From the human T2T-CHM13v2.0 reference genome, Homo sapiens: DNA of 64,000 nucleotides. This document shows positions 1 through 12,754 of the stretch, piece by piece; the stretch's first letter is position 1; each line of letters opens with the position of its first letter. The stretch lies in the NCBI RefSeq assembly GCF_009914755.1, contig NC_060943.1. The stretch is one strand, 5' to 3'. Made by a program: the position numbers and the translations under genes. The notes beneath the pieces were generated by a model. The model saw only the letters and a list, made by a program, of their open reading frames with translations. It ran no database searches and was not told the DNA's origin.

Positions 1-182
1 ATTCTCTACTTCTATGAGTTCAACTATTTTAGATTCCACATATAAGTTAGATCATGTGGTACCTGTCTTTCTGTGCCTGGCTTATTCTCTAAACGTAGTG
101 TAGTCAAAATTTATCCATGTCCAAAATTTTCTTCTTTTTAAGGCTCTTTTTAAAGACCGAATAGTATTTCAGACACACGCCT

Positions 183-212
183 ACACAACACACACACACA
201 CACACACACACA
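183..212. repeat. (CA)n microsatellite at the HSMAR2 boundary
   Basis: Direct reading. Confidence 0.95.
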
Positions 213-1719
213 GAGGAACTTCAAAAAATTAGTGAAAAATTAAATTAAAGGATAAAAATTAAAAATATAAACTTTGTTTCTCAATGTAAGCTCCATCAAG
301 TTCAATTAACTTTGTAATTGATGACATCAGCCATTAAGTCAATTTCTAAAGAACTGAAGGTCCTGGAAATTTAATCATGTCAGTGCAGTCTTTTTCACAT
401 TATTGACAGAAAATAAGTGGGTTCTCTTTACAGATCTTTTTAACATTAAGAAGCAAACAGAAGTCAGAAGGAGCCAAATCAGCACTTTCAGATGGATGTG
501 TAATGATTTTCTATCAAAACTCCCCCCACAGTGTTCTTGCCAATGAGAGAAATGAGCAGGAGCATTGTTGTGGTGGAGAAGGATTCTGGTGAAGTTTTCT
601 TTGGCATTTTTCTGCTAAAGCTTTGGTTAACTTTTTTGAAACACTCTCATAACAAGCAGATATTATTGCTCTTTAGCCCTCCAGCAACTCAACAAGCAAA
701 ATGCCTTGAGGATACCAGGAAACTGTTGCCATGACCCTTGCTCTTGGCTGTCTGATTCTGTTTGGACTGGACCACTTCCACCTCTTGGTAGCCATTGCTT
801 TGATTGTGCTTTGTCTTCAGGATCATACTCATTAAGACATGCTTCATCTCCGGGTACAATACTTTGAAAAAATGCTTCAGAATTTTTATCCCCCTTGTTT
901 ATATGTTTCATTGAAAACTCTGCTCTTGTCTGCAGCTGACCTGGGCACAACAGTTTTAGCACATATCAAGTAGAAAGTTTGCTCAACTCACTGGGTGTGG
1001 TGGCTCACGGCAGTAATTCCACTTTGGGAGACCAAAGTGGGCAGGTCACAAGGTCAGGAGTTTGAGACCAGCCTGGCCAACATGGTGAAATCCTGTCTCT
1101 ACTAAAAATACAAGAGTTAGCTGTGTGTGGTGGTGGGTGCCTGTAATCCCAGCTACTCGGGAGGCTGAGGCAGGAGAATCACATGAACCCAAGAGGCAGC
1201 TCAGCTTTAACTTTTCAGAGAGAATTGTGTAGGCTGAACCGAATGAGATCTCTATGGCACTGGCTATTGTTTGTGCTGTTAATTGTTGGTTTTCTTCAAT
1301 TATGGCATAAACAATATGAATTTTTTTTATTATTGCTTACTTACGCAAATTGATGTGGATAGTCTGCTCTTGCATACTTTATCTTCAACATGTCTCATCC
1401 CTTCTTAAAACAAGGTATCCATTTGAAAAGTACTAATTTTGGGGGGGCATTGTCCCCATGAACTTTTTGTAAATCACCTATGGTTTCATCCTTCTTTGAC
1501 CCAAACTTAACCATAAATGTAATTTTTTTGCTTCAATTTTAACAGACTTCATGTTGCTCAGATAGGGGCTCTTTTCAAACTCATGCCTTATTCTTCTACT
1601 AAGTGTTGTTCACACATATTAGGTATGAGTTTATTTTGTTGCAAAAAAATATTTTGAAATCCATACATGATTGTTTTTTCATAGTAATCATTTTCCATGA
1701 GCTTATTGAAGAGCCCTTG
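212..1719 (-). mobile_element. HSMAR2 mariner DNA transposon, near full length (~1.3 kb excluding the Alu), degenerate transposase
   Basis: Terminal inverted repeats AGAGGAACTTCAAAAAATTAGTGAAAA (212-) and TTTTCCATGAGCTTATTGAAGAGCCCTTG (1691-1719). ORF 663-962(-) gives IVPGDEACLNEYDPEDKAQSKQWLPRGGSGPV (mariner IVTGDETW...WL motif). A DLAPSDF motif remnant lies at ~460-482(-). Confidence 0.92.
991..1198 (+). mobile_element. AluS (AluSg-like), 3'-truncated, no poly(A), inside HSMAR2
   Basis: Left arm, A-linker and part of the right arm, ending at GAACCCAAGAGGCA. Confidence 0.9.
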
Positions 1720-4700
1720 TGTGTCTGTATGTATATCACATTTTCTTTATCTATTCATCCACTGATAGACACTTAGGTTGATTTCACATTTTGACTGTTG
1801 TGAATAATGCTTTGATAAATATGAGAATGCAGATATGTCTTCAACATACTGATTTCATCTTCTTTGAATGTACACCCATTAGTGAGATTGCTGCATCATA
1901 CCGTGGTTCTATTTTAACTTTTGAGAAACCTCCACACTGTTTTCCATAATGGCTGCACCAATTTACATGCTCACCAACAGTGTGCAAGGGGTCCCTTTCA
2001 CACATCCTTGTTAACACTTGTTACTTTCCCTCTTTTTGATAATAGCTCTTCTAACAGGTAGGGGGTGATATCTCATTGTGGGTTTAATTTGCATTTCTCT
2101 GATGATTAGTGACATTGAACATTTTTAAATATACCTCTTGGCCAAGTGTATGTCTTCTTTTGAGAAATGTCTATTCATAGGCTTTTCTCATTTTTAATCT
2201 GGTTATGTTCTTACTATTGAGGTGTTTCAGGTCTTATATATTTTGGATATTAGCCACTTATCAGTTGTACGGTTTGTAAATATTTTTCTTCCATTCTGCA
2301 GGTTGTCTCTTCACTATATTGATTTTTTATTGGTTATGCAGAAGATTTTTAGTGTGATTTAATCAAATTTGTCTATGTTTTTATTGTTGTCTGTGCTTTT
2401 TTGTTCATAGCCAAAATACCATTGCCCAGGCCAATGTCAAGAAGCTTTTTCCTATGTTTTCTTCAAGTAGTTTTACAGTTTCAGGTCTTACTTTTAAGTC
2501 TTTAATCTATTTTAGTTGATTTTTATGTATGGTGTGAAATAAGAGTTTAATTTCATTCTTCTACATATAGACATCCAGTTTTACTAACATCATTTATTTA
2601 AGAGACTGGCCTTTCTACATTGTGTGTTTCTGACACCTTTGTCAAAATCAATTGACAGTAAATGTATGGCTTTATTTCTCAGCTGTTTATTCAGTCTCAC
2701 TGGTTTATGTGTCTGTTTTTAATGCCATTACCATGCTATTTAGATTACTATAGGTATGTAGTATATTTTGAAATCAGGTAATGTGAAGCCTCTGGCTTGT
2801 TCTTTTTGCCCAAGATTTCTTTGTTCATTTGGATCTTTTGTGATTTCACATGAATTTTAGAATGGTCTTTTCCATTTGATAAACTCTTAAGCATAATTAC
2901 TAAAAATTTTCATGGAACACATAGTTTCCTCTTGATAAAAAAATAGAATAAGTAAAATTATAATGACATTTGTATACCATTTACTGATTCTTTTTGTTCT
3001 CATTGTTTGTGTAAACCTTGAAAAGTAAGGAATTAAAAAGAACGTTTTTTCTTTAAGCATAATTTATTTAAATCATATTTCGGATTTTGCTGATTTGGTA
3101 GGTGCTAGCTGGGGTTAATGGAGGCCACAAGGAGGTTTCCTTAGGTATTTTGCACTTCTTTCCAGCAAGACAAAGAAAGTAATATGACTGAAAAAAAATA
3201 AAGATAAATGTAACAAAGTATCTGAGGAAAGCAACCCGAACTTTTTATGTTATCTATTTCCCCTAAATGAAATATGAAGCACTGTTGACCTTTTACCCTG
3301 AATGAGCCAAACTTGTAGCAGAAACGGGAGCTTGGCTGTTGTCTGTGCATGAAAACCTTTCTCTCATTTACTATTTCCAGGTAACAAACTAGAAGAGCGT
3401 CACAGCTTGTCCAGAGAGAAAGCTGAGCCCATTGTCAAAATCAGTACTGCAGCCTTTGCTGACTGTGACTATTTAACATCTCAACACACTGGGGGATTAA
3501 TTACTTGAACATTTGGGGGAATAACAACAACTTGAAACTCATATTTTAACCTGTATGTCATGAATATTAACAAAGACAAATTTATAACTGATTTGACTAT
3601 TTTGTGTGTTTTTGCTTTTAAGAAACAGTTGGCTTCTGTAGGAATGAACAATAAGAAATAACAAAATTTATTTGTTAGTAAATTTTCCTCCAGTGAATAT
3701 GCATGCACCAGACTCACTGCAGCAAACTCAGTCGTCTTTGAAGGATAAGACACAGAAAACCATTTTGTTGTACAATGAGATGAGTTATTTGAACTTAAGA
3801 CATGTTTTTTTTTCATAAGTTTTTATGAACTAGGTATCGCATGTCCCATAAGGGATAATAGATGTGTTTTCTTTGCTCTGCTCAGCACAGATTTGAACCA
3901 TTTCTCCAACTCCAGGGGGCTCAGCCTCATGCTCACCTTCAAAATCACAACAAGGCCTCCTCTACACCTTTTGCAGCTATGGTTAATACCCAGTGAATTC
4001 AGCCTCTGTGGGCTTTCTGCACCTGCACATATGTACCTCCGTGTTTTGTTATCTCTTGGTGGATACTGGAATTGTACCCTGGGCTGTACAGCATCAAGTT
4101 GCATTTAAATCAGAGAGCTGGCATATCTCACTCACCACAGCAGGTCTGCGTCAGCTGAATCTTGCAAAGCGTGTCTTATCTTCCAGAGCATAAATCAGTA
4201 AGGGACTGCAAAGCTGCTATGGGATCTTCTCCCTCCCTGTGGAAAGGAACACAGTCCAGGAATGCCCTCAAATGGACAAACCACTCTCTTCATATCATTT
4301 GTTGTCTTCATTCTATTTCTAATTCAAAGACAGCTGAAAGCCACAGACAATAGCAGAATCCCTGCATGGTTGGTGGTCCTGGAAGAAGACTGGAGAGAGA
4401 GGTGGAGTGGATCTCAAGGCAACAATTAGTTAGAGCTCCTGCTCTTTTGATTGCTTGAGAACTCAGAAAAGGATGACTAAGGTCACTTAGGTGTAGCTAA
4501 AAGGGCTTTAGAGTCTTAGGAAAATGAGAACTCTGAGGAGCCTACACACCAGTCACTAAGCTGGCACTAAGGGTGTTTGATCAGGGAAGGGTCACTGCTT
4601 GTTTGAGATGGACAACCATGGCTCTGACCCATTGGCTGACCCCTGAGGAGCCTGTGGGGCTCCCTAGAAACAACCCAGAAGTGGCTTCATCCAGAACAAA

Positions 4701-4960
4701 GAGGAAGTTTCTAAAAGGTGTAGACATACTCAGAGACAAAGCTGGCTCTTGCCTGAGTGACAAAGACATTGAGCTTGCAGGGGTCCCACCACAAGGTAGG
4801 TAGGAGCAGAGTCCGATTGTTCTGATCCCACAGACCATTCATTATCCAGTGTTCACTGCATTTCTACTCCACAACCAGCAAGCTCTAGGGAACATGTTTT
4901 TAAAAATTAAAGCAGACCTTGTTGATGTTATAGTTTTTTTGGAGGAAAAAAATTGACTTA

Positions 4961-5030
4961 TGATATATAATGTAATATTATATATAATATATTATATAAT
5001 TATATATTATAATTTGTATTAGATATTATA
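4961..5030. repeat. AT-rich (TA)n-like low-complexity tract
   Basis: Direct reading. Confidence 0.8.
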
Positions 5031-5392
5031 AAATCAAGAGAGTATGTAATCAAGCACTAATACATGGAACAGGAAGACAGTATAGAGTGTTGGAAGGGGG
5101 CAGTCAATACGAATGAAGCACTGATCACTTAGAGACGAGAACAGCCCTGAGAGCACAAGCGTGACTTCACTGCCTTCTGTTCCCCAGCACCTGCCTCTGG
5201 CCTGTGCCCTAGAAAGGACACCAATATATTGCAGTTAAACATATTAAATGTGGTGAGATTTGGACTGAATCTTGGAGATTAAATTTCATACAAGAAAAAA
5301 CAGCATTATTAGAAGTCTATGAAAAAAATAGAATGTTTCTCTAAAAACTGACAAAGTGTAAGAGCTAAAAGAGATCAGGAATGTCCCTTTTA

Positions 5393-5593
5393 ACCCACCT
5401 GACCCTCCCCTGGACTGTTAATTCCTTACCCCATTCAGTGCCCAGCATTCAATAAATATCTGCTTATTATTTATGCTCTCTTATTCCACACCGGTAGGTT
5501 AGCAAACATATAATCAATTCATTTTGGATAAGAGCCTTTCTCAAATTGATTATATATTTCCTTCTTACACAGAGTAAGCTGAACATAGTTTAA
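5393..5593 (+). repeat. 201-bp dispersed direct repeat, copy 1 (copy 2 at 6537-6737)
   Basis: Manual alignment: ~10 substitutions, no indels, offset 1144 bp. Confidence 0.95.
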
Positions 5594-5849
5594 ACTTTTT
5601 TGTTGGATGTTGTCCAACATGTTCATTGAACAAATAAAGAAACTAAAACTTGGAAAGGGGAAGAGCTCGCCAATGTGTCACGGCCCTTGAGGGTTGGCAC
5701 TGGGTTCAAGCTCAGTGTCAATGTTGTTTTCACACTGGAGACAATCTCTTATTTTCACCAGACGGGCCTTTGTGAAACACATGAAGGAACCCTCAGAAGA
5801 CCACTTCAGAGACCCCCCCATGACCACAGTGGAGAGAGTCAAGAGAAGT

Positions 5850-6190
5850 TCATTCAAGGAGGGGCTGGTAAAGTAGCAGGAGCTGGGCCATGCAGGGACT
5901 CACAGGCCGCACCTAGGGGTTTACACTCATCCTAACCGAGGCAGAAAACCACCGCAGAGTGCTGAGGATGGTGAAGGCATGAGGATGAGTTGGAAGAAGT
6001 GAGTTTGGCTCTGCTCTGGAGAATGGCTGAAAGGGTAGTGGGAACAAACGGAGGCAGCCACCGAGGAGGCCATCGCAGGTGCAGGTGGGATGCGAAGGGG
6101 AGTGGGCACAGGCTTGGAGAACAGGGATGCGTGGGAGTGCAAGGCAGTCAGGTGGGAAAAGGCAGTAAATACGAGTGGCTTCTCCAGAAT
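5850..6190 (-). mobile_element. L2 LINE fragment
   Basis: Degenerate match to antisense L2 (GGGCCATGCAGGGACTCACAGGCC...GCTCTGGAGAATGG...GGAGGCCATCGCAGG). Confidence 0.55.
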
Positions 6191-6199
6191 GTAAGCTCT

Positions 6200-6610
6200 T
6201 TCCCCTTCTCCAAATCATCCAGAGCAAAGGCCAGACTCTTGGCCACAGTGTAAAAGGCCTCTGGGAATCACACCCAGGCTTCCACTCCACACCACACCAT
6301 GCCCCAACACGCCTCCATAAAACTTGATTCTCCTTCTACCTGGAGCTCTTCTACCCACTTTCTACCTTTGCCCAAACAAGCTCAGTTTACCTCTCAGGTC
6401 TCAAGATCGATGCTACCACCCCTGGAAAGTCTTCCTCGATGCTCCCACCCACCCCTTTCCATCGGCCACATTCCCATGACATGGGTTCTTTCTCTACCTC
6501 CACTGAGGCACAGCTCTGCATTATAACTGCCTGATCACCCACCTGACCCTCCCCTGGACTGTGAATTCATTGCCCCATTCAGTGCCCAGCATTCAATAAA
6601 CATGTGCTTA
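6200..6610 (+). mobile_element. L2 LINE 3' fragment
   Basis: Ends in CCCCTGGACTGTGAATT...GTGCCCAGCATTCAATAAA, a typical L2 3' end. Confidence 0.5.
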
Positions 6611-6737
6611 TTATTTATGCTGTCTTATTCCACACCGGTAGGTTAGCAAACGTATAATCAATTCTTTTTGGATAAGAGCCTTTCTCAAATTGATTATACA
6701 TTTCCTTCCTACACAGAGTAAGCTGAACATAGTTTAA
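6537..6737 (+). repeat. 201-bp dispersed direct repeat, copy 2
   Basis: ~95% identical to 5393-5593. Confidence 0.95.
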
Positions 6738-6809
6738 CCTTGAACACAAGGTCATCATTATGAATGCAGTCACAATTAAAGAATATCAGACATTAGATAG
6801 TCTATCCCA

Positions 6810-6915
6810 TGCATTTTTTAGATGGGTAAATTGAGACCCAGAGAGGTGGAGGGACCATGGTTTGAGGTGGTAAATCTATGATTTGAATCTTAGCACCGTG
6901 ACTTCTAGTCTAGCC
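6810..6915 (-). mobile_element. MIR fragment
   Basis: TTTAGATGGGTAAATTGAGACCCAGAGAGGT core. Confidence 0.65.
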
Positions 6916-7116
6916 CTGAAGAAAGCTGCATCCGAGGAGCCATGGTCAAATTCTCTGGGTATTTAAGATGCCTAGACTCTTTGCTCCAGCACCACAGGGC
7001 TCCAATTGTTGTATTTTATTTTAGTTATTGTGCCTGTTTTCATAGCTCTTCTGCCTCCTCCCATGTTATCAACTCACTTCTTAATCCTTCAGTCTATCCA
7101 AATCAAACAAACTCTA

Positions 7117-7436
7117 TTTGTTTTGTTTTGTTTTTAAGGGACAAGATCTCATTATGTCACTCAGGCTGTAGTGTAGCGGCACAATTCTGGCTCACTGCAA
7201 CCTTGAACTCCTGGCCTCAAGTGATCTTTCAGCCTCAGTCTCCCGAGGAGCTGGAACTACAGACGGAACGTACCACCAGGCCTAGCTAATTTTTCATTTT
7301 TTATTTTTATTTTTTTTATAGAGACAGGGTTTCACCATGTTGCCCAGGCTGGTCTTAAATTCCTGGCCTCAAGTGATCCTCCCACTTTGGCCACCTAAAG
7401 TGATGAGATTACAGGCTTTAACCACTGCACCTGGTC
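7117..7436 (-). mobile_element. AluJ
   Basis: Antisense dimeric Alu, highly diverged, CCTTGAACTCCTGGCCTCAAG right arm. Confidence 0.9.
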
Positions 7437-8106
7437 CCTATCTTTATTCGTATGTGTTTGGGAGGCAGATAACAGTTTTACCTCCCCAAAGCACCACAGT
7501 GCTTATTATTATCTATGAACATTGATGCCTTACTACCCAGTCTCCTCCACTAAACTAAAATTCCAGGTCCATTTTATTGTCCTCTCTGCACCTGGTGCCT
7601 AGCACAGAGCCCAGCATATTCACATGTGCTGAAGAATTATCTAGCTTCTTAAGCATCATATAAAATAAGCATTATTAGTCATAGAAAAAGTATAAGCTCC
7701 AATTCACTGGTTTAGCGATGCCTATTTTCCTAGGTTTCTTTTCTGATTCCTAGATGTGATTGACAGAGCTTAGTTCTACTAAGCATGCTGTATTTAGATG
7801 AAGTAAGAAGTGACTGGCATTTGTGGAGGGACTGTGTCCTTTTTTGCAGTAATTAGAGGTTGTTGGCACATCCAGTCTTTGAGACTGTTTTCCTTACGGC
7901 TCCCTTTTCGTAGACAGTTGCAGCATGAGAAGCTGAAGGAATTTTATGAAGTAGACATTGGAGCCTCCCAGTGATTGCCCCTTCGGGGTTTTGCAGCAGG
8001 CATATGCTATTTGCTTGGTCCAGAGTGAAGCGCCTCTACTTTTCTGGAGAACTGTTCCTTCCCAGCTACAATAAGGAGGCTCAAGGCAGAGCGGGTGTCA
8101 TTCATT

Positions 8107-8790
8107 TGTTTAATGTAGTTGCTGTCTTGGTATCCATTTTTAGTCCTAATAAAAGTTATTTGAAACCCGGTTGTACCATGTGTCACTTTGGGCCTAATTA
8201 AAACTTCCCCTACCCATGGGGTTGTTTGCAGCATAACCCACTTGTTCCTCATCCCACTGACCAAAAATCTAACACACCCACAGCTACTGACCATGAGAAA
8301 ACCAATGATCAACACCAGAGTCATGGAAATGAGCTCCCCTTCACGCATGATTTCTTTAAAGGAGCCAACCTGCAGCTTCCCTGCAGGAGAGTCTGAAAAA
8401 CTCCCAGGAATTTAACAAAGGCAGAGTCTCACAGGCCTCAGGCCTCTCTCTTCCCTGCTGTCTGAGCTTCCTGCCTCCTCCAGACCTCCTGCTGTCCTCT
8501 CAGCAACACCTCGAACCTCTCTGTGACTTATAAGTAATGAATTCCTTCTGTTTCAGGCATTTTGGTTTCACCTCCTCAGTGTGTTTCATCTGACAGACAC
8601 ACCCAGGCCCAACATCCCCCTGGTCAGAGTGCTCCTACAGATGGCTCTCTTGGCTTATGGTCACTCTTAAGAGGGTAAGACCCTCTTACCCTCTTAAGAG
8701 TTATGTGATTTGTATCATTATGGTTTCCTGTTTGTAAAAAAAAAAAAAAAAAAAAAAAAACAGGAAACCATAATGATACAAATCGCAACA
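8107..8790 (+). mobile_element. ERVL-class solo LTR (MER73/MER74-like) with a rearranged 3' end
   Basis: TTGAAACCCGGTTGTACC...CCTAATTAAAACTTCCCC...CAACACCAGAGTCATG...; ends AAATCGCAACA. Confidence 0.7.
8663..8787. repeat. Two adjacent inverted repeats (18 bp perfect; 29/30 bp), the second with an A-tract loop
   Basis: 8663-8680 pairs with 8684-8701; 8704-8733 pairs with 8758-8787; A25 at 8736-8760. Confidence 0.97.
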
Positions 8791-10450
8791 GCAGGATCAC
8801 ACTGCCTGGCTAAAGGCAATTGCTTTGCAGTGAACACGTAACTTAAGCCATGTCAATTAAGGTTTTTCCCTGGAACTTTTGGAAATAAAGCCATGGAAAG
8901 AGATTCTTGCAAGGTAAGGGTGGCAACCATGTTTTCCTCCATGAAAGCAAAAATGAACAACTTAAAACAACGAAGTTGAGATGCAGAGAGGAGTAGAGAT
9001 GAGAGGGCATGGTGACTGAGCTCAAGTCCCTAGGGGTCCAGCACCACCATTCCCCGCCGTGGAATCTGATTGCAACAGCTCTAAGTCACAGGAATGCCAC
9101 TCTGCTGCACCTAGCATCTGCAACCAGAGGATTCCTCAGTGCAGAAAACACAGGAGATTTAGAGAAGCCCATGGAGGACAGACCTCTGATATATAATTAG
9201 AGAAAAGCCAATGGTTTAGAGCTCATTCCTCATCTGGGAAATCTGTTGCCATGAACCAAAACCAAAATGAGCTTTAGGGAGTGATTTTATGGGTTAAATC
9301 CCAGAGTCTGAAACAAGGAAGCGAGCAGCCCCCTCCCCTGCTGCCCTCTTCAAAGCCTCCTGTGTCACAGCTCTCAGGCTAAGCCTCTGTGCTGAAACAT
9401 TACACCATTTCAGAGAGTAAATCTGGCTCTAGAGCAGGGTCTCAGCCCAGCATAGGAAGTGTTTCCTAAAAAGCACAGCTTCCCTCTAGGGGCTACTTTA
9501 TAAGGAGATAAGCCTCCTGCAGTGTATGGGGAGTACTCCAGGAGAGTTGTCGGGATATGGGGGAATCACAGAGGAAATGCTAAACAAATTGTTTGTGATT
9601 TGCTTTGCTAGTTCTGCTCACTTCCAAGAGTCTGTGATTCTTGGCTTCAGTCACAAGGGCAAGTCAGTTGGGCAAATTCAAAACAAATGTCAAAACCATT
9701 ATCTGGTGAGGGAGTTGGTGATTTCTCTTCTGCTCTTAATGAAACCTCCACCCTGTTTTCCTGAAGGTACAGTTCGTCCCATCCTTCCCTCCCCTTCCCT
9801 GGCTGGAAGAGGCAGCCTCCCTCCTCCCATTGCCCAGGAGGTACTCTGCCAATATCAGCAACCCCCACTGTCATTTCTGTGCAAATCCCCTATCATCCCA
9901 GTAATCTGGCCAGCCCTACACATCAGTCAGCCTTGTATAGCTCGGGTTCACCAGGGAGCAGGCTCTAGAGCTCTGGATGAACACCTGCCTATGTCTTGGC
10001 TCTGAAACTTGCACCTGCTCTATAAGTAGATGACCCCGCCCCTGCAGACATGGGTCTGTGTGCGGCTGACATGCACAACCTGGAAAGCCATGGAGGCCCT
10101 GCCTTAGTCACTAAGGCTGAGGGCAAGGGTTCCTATAATCCCAGGACAAACCTTGTAGGTATCCAGTGGGATAACCTGTAAGTATTTCAGCTTCTCCCAT
10201 CTGCAGCTATTAACCCTTGAAGTGCAACAGTAAATGGAGGAAATCGGCCAGGAAAGAGGAGACCACAGTGTGGATTCTTGAAGGCCTTCACGTGGGGAGG
10301 GATACAAGGCTCTAATAACATGCATCAGATGTGGATACTGATCATTCACACTACAGATTATTTCCATCAGTACTTCTTTTTTGATGCCAGAAATTACATT
10401 TGGAGCCTGGCTGAGACTCTGATGTGCCAGTCTTTATAAATGTTGATGTT

Positions 10451-10820
10451 CAGTCAGAATGGCTATTATTAAAAAGTCAAAAAAACAACAGATGCTGGTG
10501 AAGCTGCAGAGAAAAGGGAACACTTATATACCATTGTGGGGACGTAAATTAGTTCAGTCACTGTGGAAAGCAGTTTGGAGATTCCTCGAAGAAGTAAAAA
10601 TGGAACAACCATTGGACCCAGCAATCCCATTACTGGGTATCTACCCGAAGGAAACTAAATTATTCTACCCAAAAGACACATACACTCATATGTTCATTGC
10701 AGCACAATTCACAATAACAAAGACATGGAATCAAGTTGGGTGTCCACCAGTGTTGAATGGGATAAAGAAAATGTGGTAAAAGATGAAAATGTGGTATCCT
10801 CTGTGACCATAAAATAAAAC
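10451..10820 (+). mobile_element. L1 (L1PB/L1MA-type) ORF2 C-terminal fragment
   Basis: ORF 10459-10779: MAIIKKSK...LVQSLWKAVWRFL...[13 protein letters not shown]...MFIAAQFTITKTWNQ. Confidence 0.9.
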
Positions 10821-10980
10821 GGTACTAATTTAAAAGTCAATAGACTAATTTAGAAGTCAGTAGATGCCATGAGTCCCCATTCATCCCTGTGCTGAAAATT
10901 ATGACTTCATTCCTCTCTCTTGCATTCTGCATTCTACTTCTTCTTTTTCTTCTTTTGTTTTTGAGAGGATCAGTGTAATC

Positions 10981-11845
<865 letters not shown>

Positions 11846-12333
11846 GCAGACGTGCTCCACTTGCTCTGAGTCATCCTCCCTGTGTCACCTCCCGTGTGCT
11901 TCAGAATAGATGTTGTTGGCTCCACGTCCTCATTCTACCCACGTCAGCTGTCCCTGCTGACAGCAAGTTTCTGCCGGGGTGCCCCACATGTCTAAGCCCC
12001 TGTGTTAGCTCGGGGTCTCAGGGTTTAATGACATGTGCTTAGGTTGCCAATGGCCAGTGGAAGCAGAGCCCAGACACGCCTCAGGATCTTCTCCAGTGCC
12101 TGCATCCACATTGCCAGAGACAGCTCACCCCAGCCACCATGACCAGTGCAGAGCTCCCCACGCCTCAGCATCTAGCATCCAGGCCCAACTGCTCCAACCA
12201 GGCCAAGTATGGGTCTCCTCCCTGACACCTACTTTTCATGGCAGAACACCTACTTTTCACGGGAGGAACTCTCGTCTCTCTCTCTCATCAGGCTGTGATA
12301 ACGCCTCATGGCCCCAGAAGTCCAAAGTCTGGT

Positions 12334-12754
12334 TGTTGTAGCATGGATATGGGTTTGCTCTAAATCTCTGGTTAAAATGTGACCTCCAATGTTGGAGGTG
12401 GGGCCTGGTGGGAGGTGTTTGAGTCATGGGGGTGGATCTTTCATGAGTGGCTTGGTGCCCTCCCTAAAGTAATGAGTGAGTTCTCACTCTATGTGTTCAT
12501 GAAACAGCTGATTTCTTAGAGGAGCCTGGCACCTCCTCCAGCTCTCTTGCTGCCTCTCTCACCATGTGACATGCCTGTTCCTCCTCCACCTTCTGCCATG
12601 AGTAAAAGCTTCCTGCACCCGCACCAGAAGCTGAGCAGATGCTGGTGCCATGATTATTGTACAGTTTGCAGAACCATGAGCCAAATAAACCTCCTTTCTT
12701 TATAAATTACCCAGTCTCAAGTATTTGTTTAGCAACACAAAATACACTAATACA
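12334..12754 (+). mobile_element. MSTB-type MaLR solo LTR
   Basis: AATGTTGGAGGTGGGGCCTGGTGGGAGGTG...AGCAGATGCTGGTGCCATG...CTAATACA; 5-bp TSD CTGG(T/G). Confidence 0.88.

Larger units (their letters stand above)
1..2877 (-). mobile_element. Old LINE-1 (L1MA/L1MB-type) 3' region, split by an HSMAR2 insertion (pieces ~1-180 and ~1720-2877)
   Basis: Antisense L1 3'UTR/ORF2-end text (ATTCTCTACTTCTATGAGTTCAACT..., GAATAGTATT..., resuming as TATCACATTTTCTTTATCTATTCATCC at ~1733). Confidence 0.85.

Noticed and set aside
3361-3400. TTTCCAG|GTAAC splice-like junction
   Set aside because: An isolated motif with no partner site or coding frame; cannot be supported without transcript data.
5393-6737. 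The 201-bp repeats as LTRs of a small novel retroelement
   Set aside because: No TG..CA ends, TSD or primer-binding site; the interior is decayed L2.
12225-12267. 21-bp tandem duplication ACACCTACTTTTCA(T/C)GG; similar doublets near 10767, 14146 and 49882
   Set aside because: Ordinary slippage duplications.
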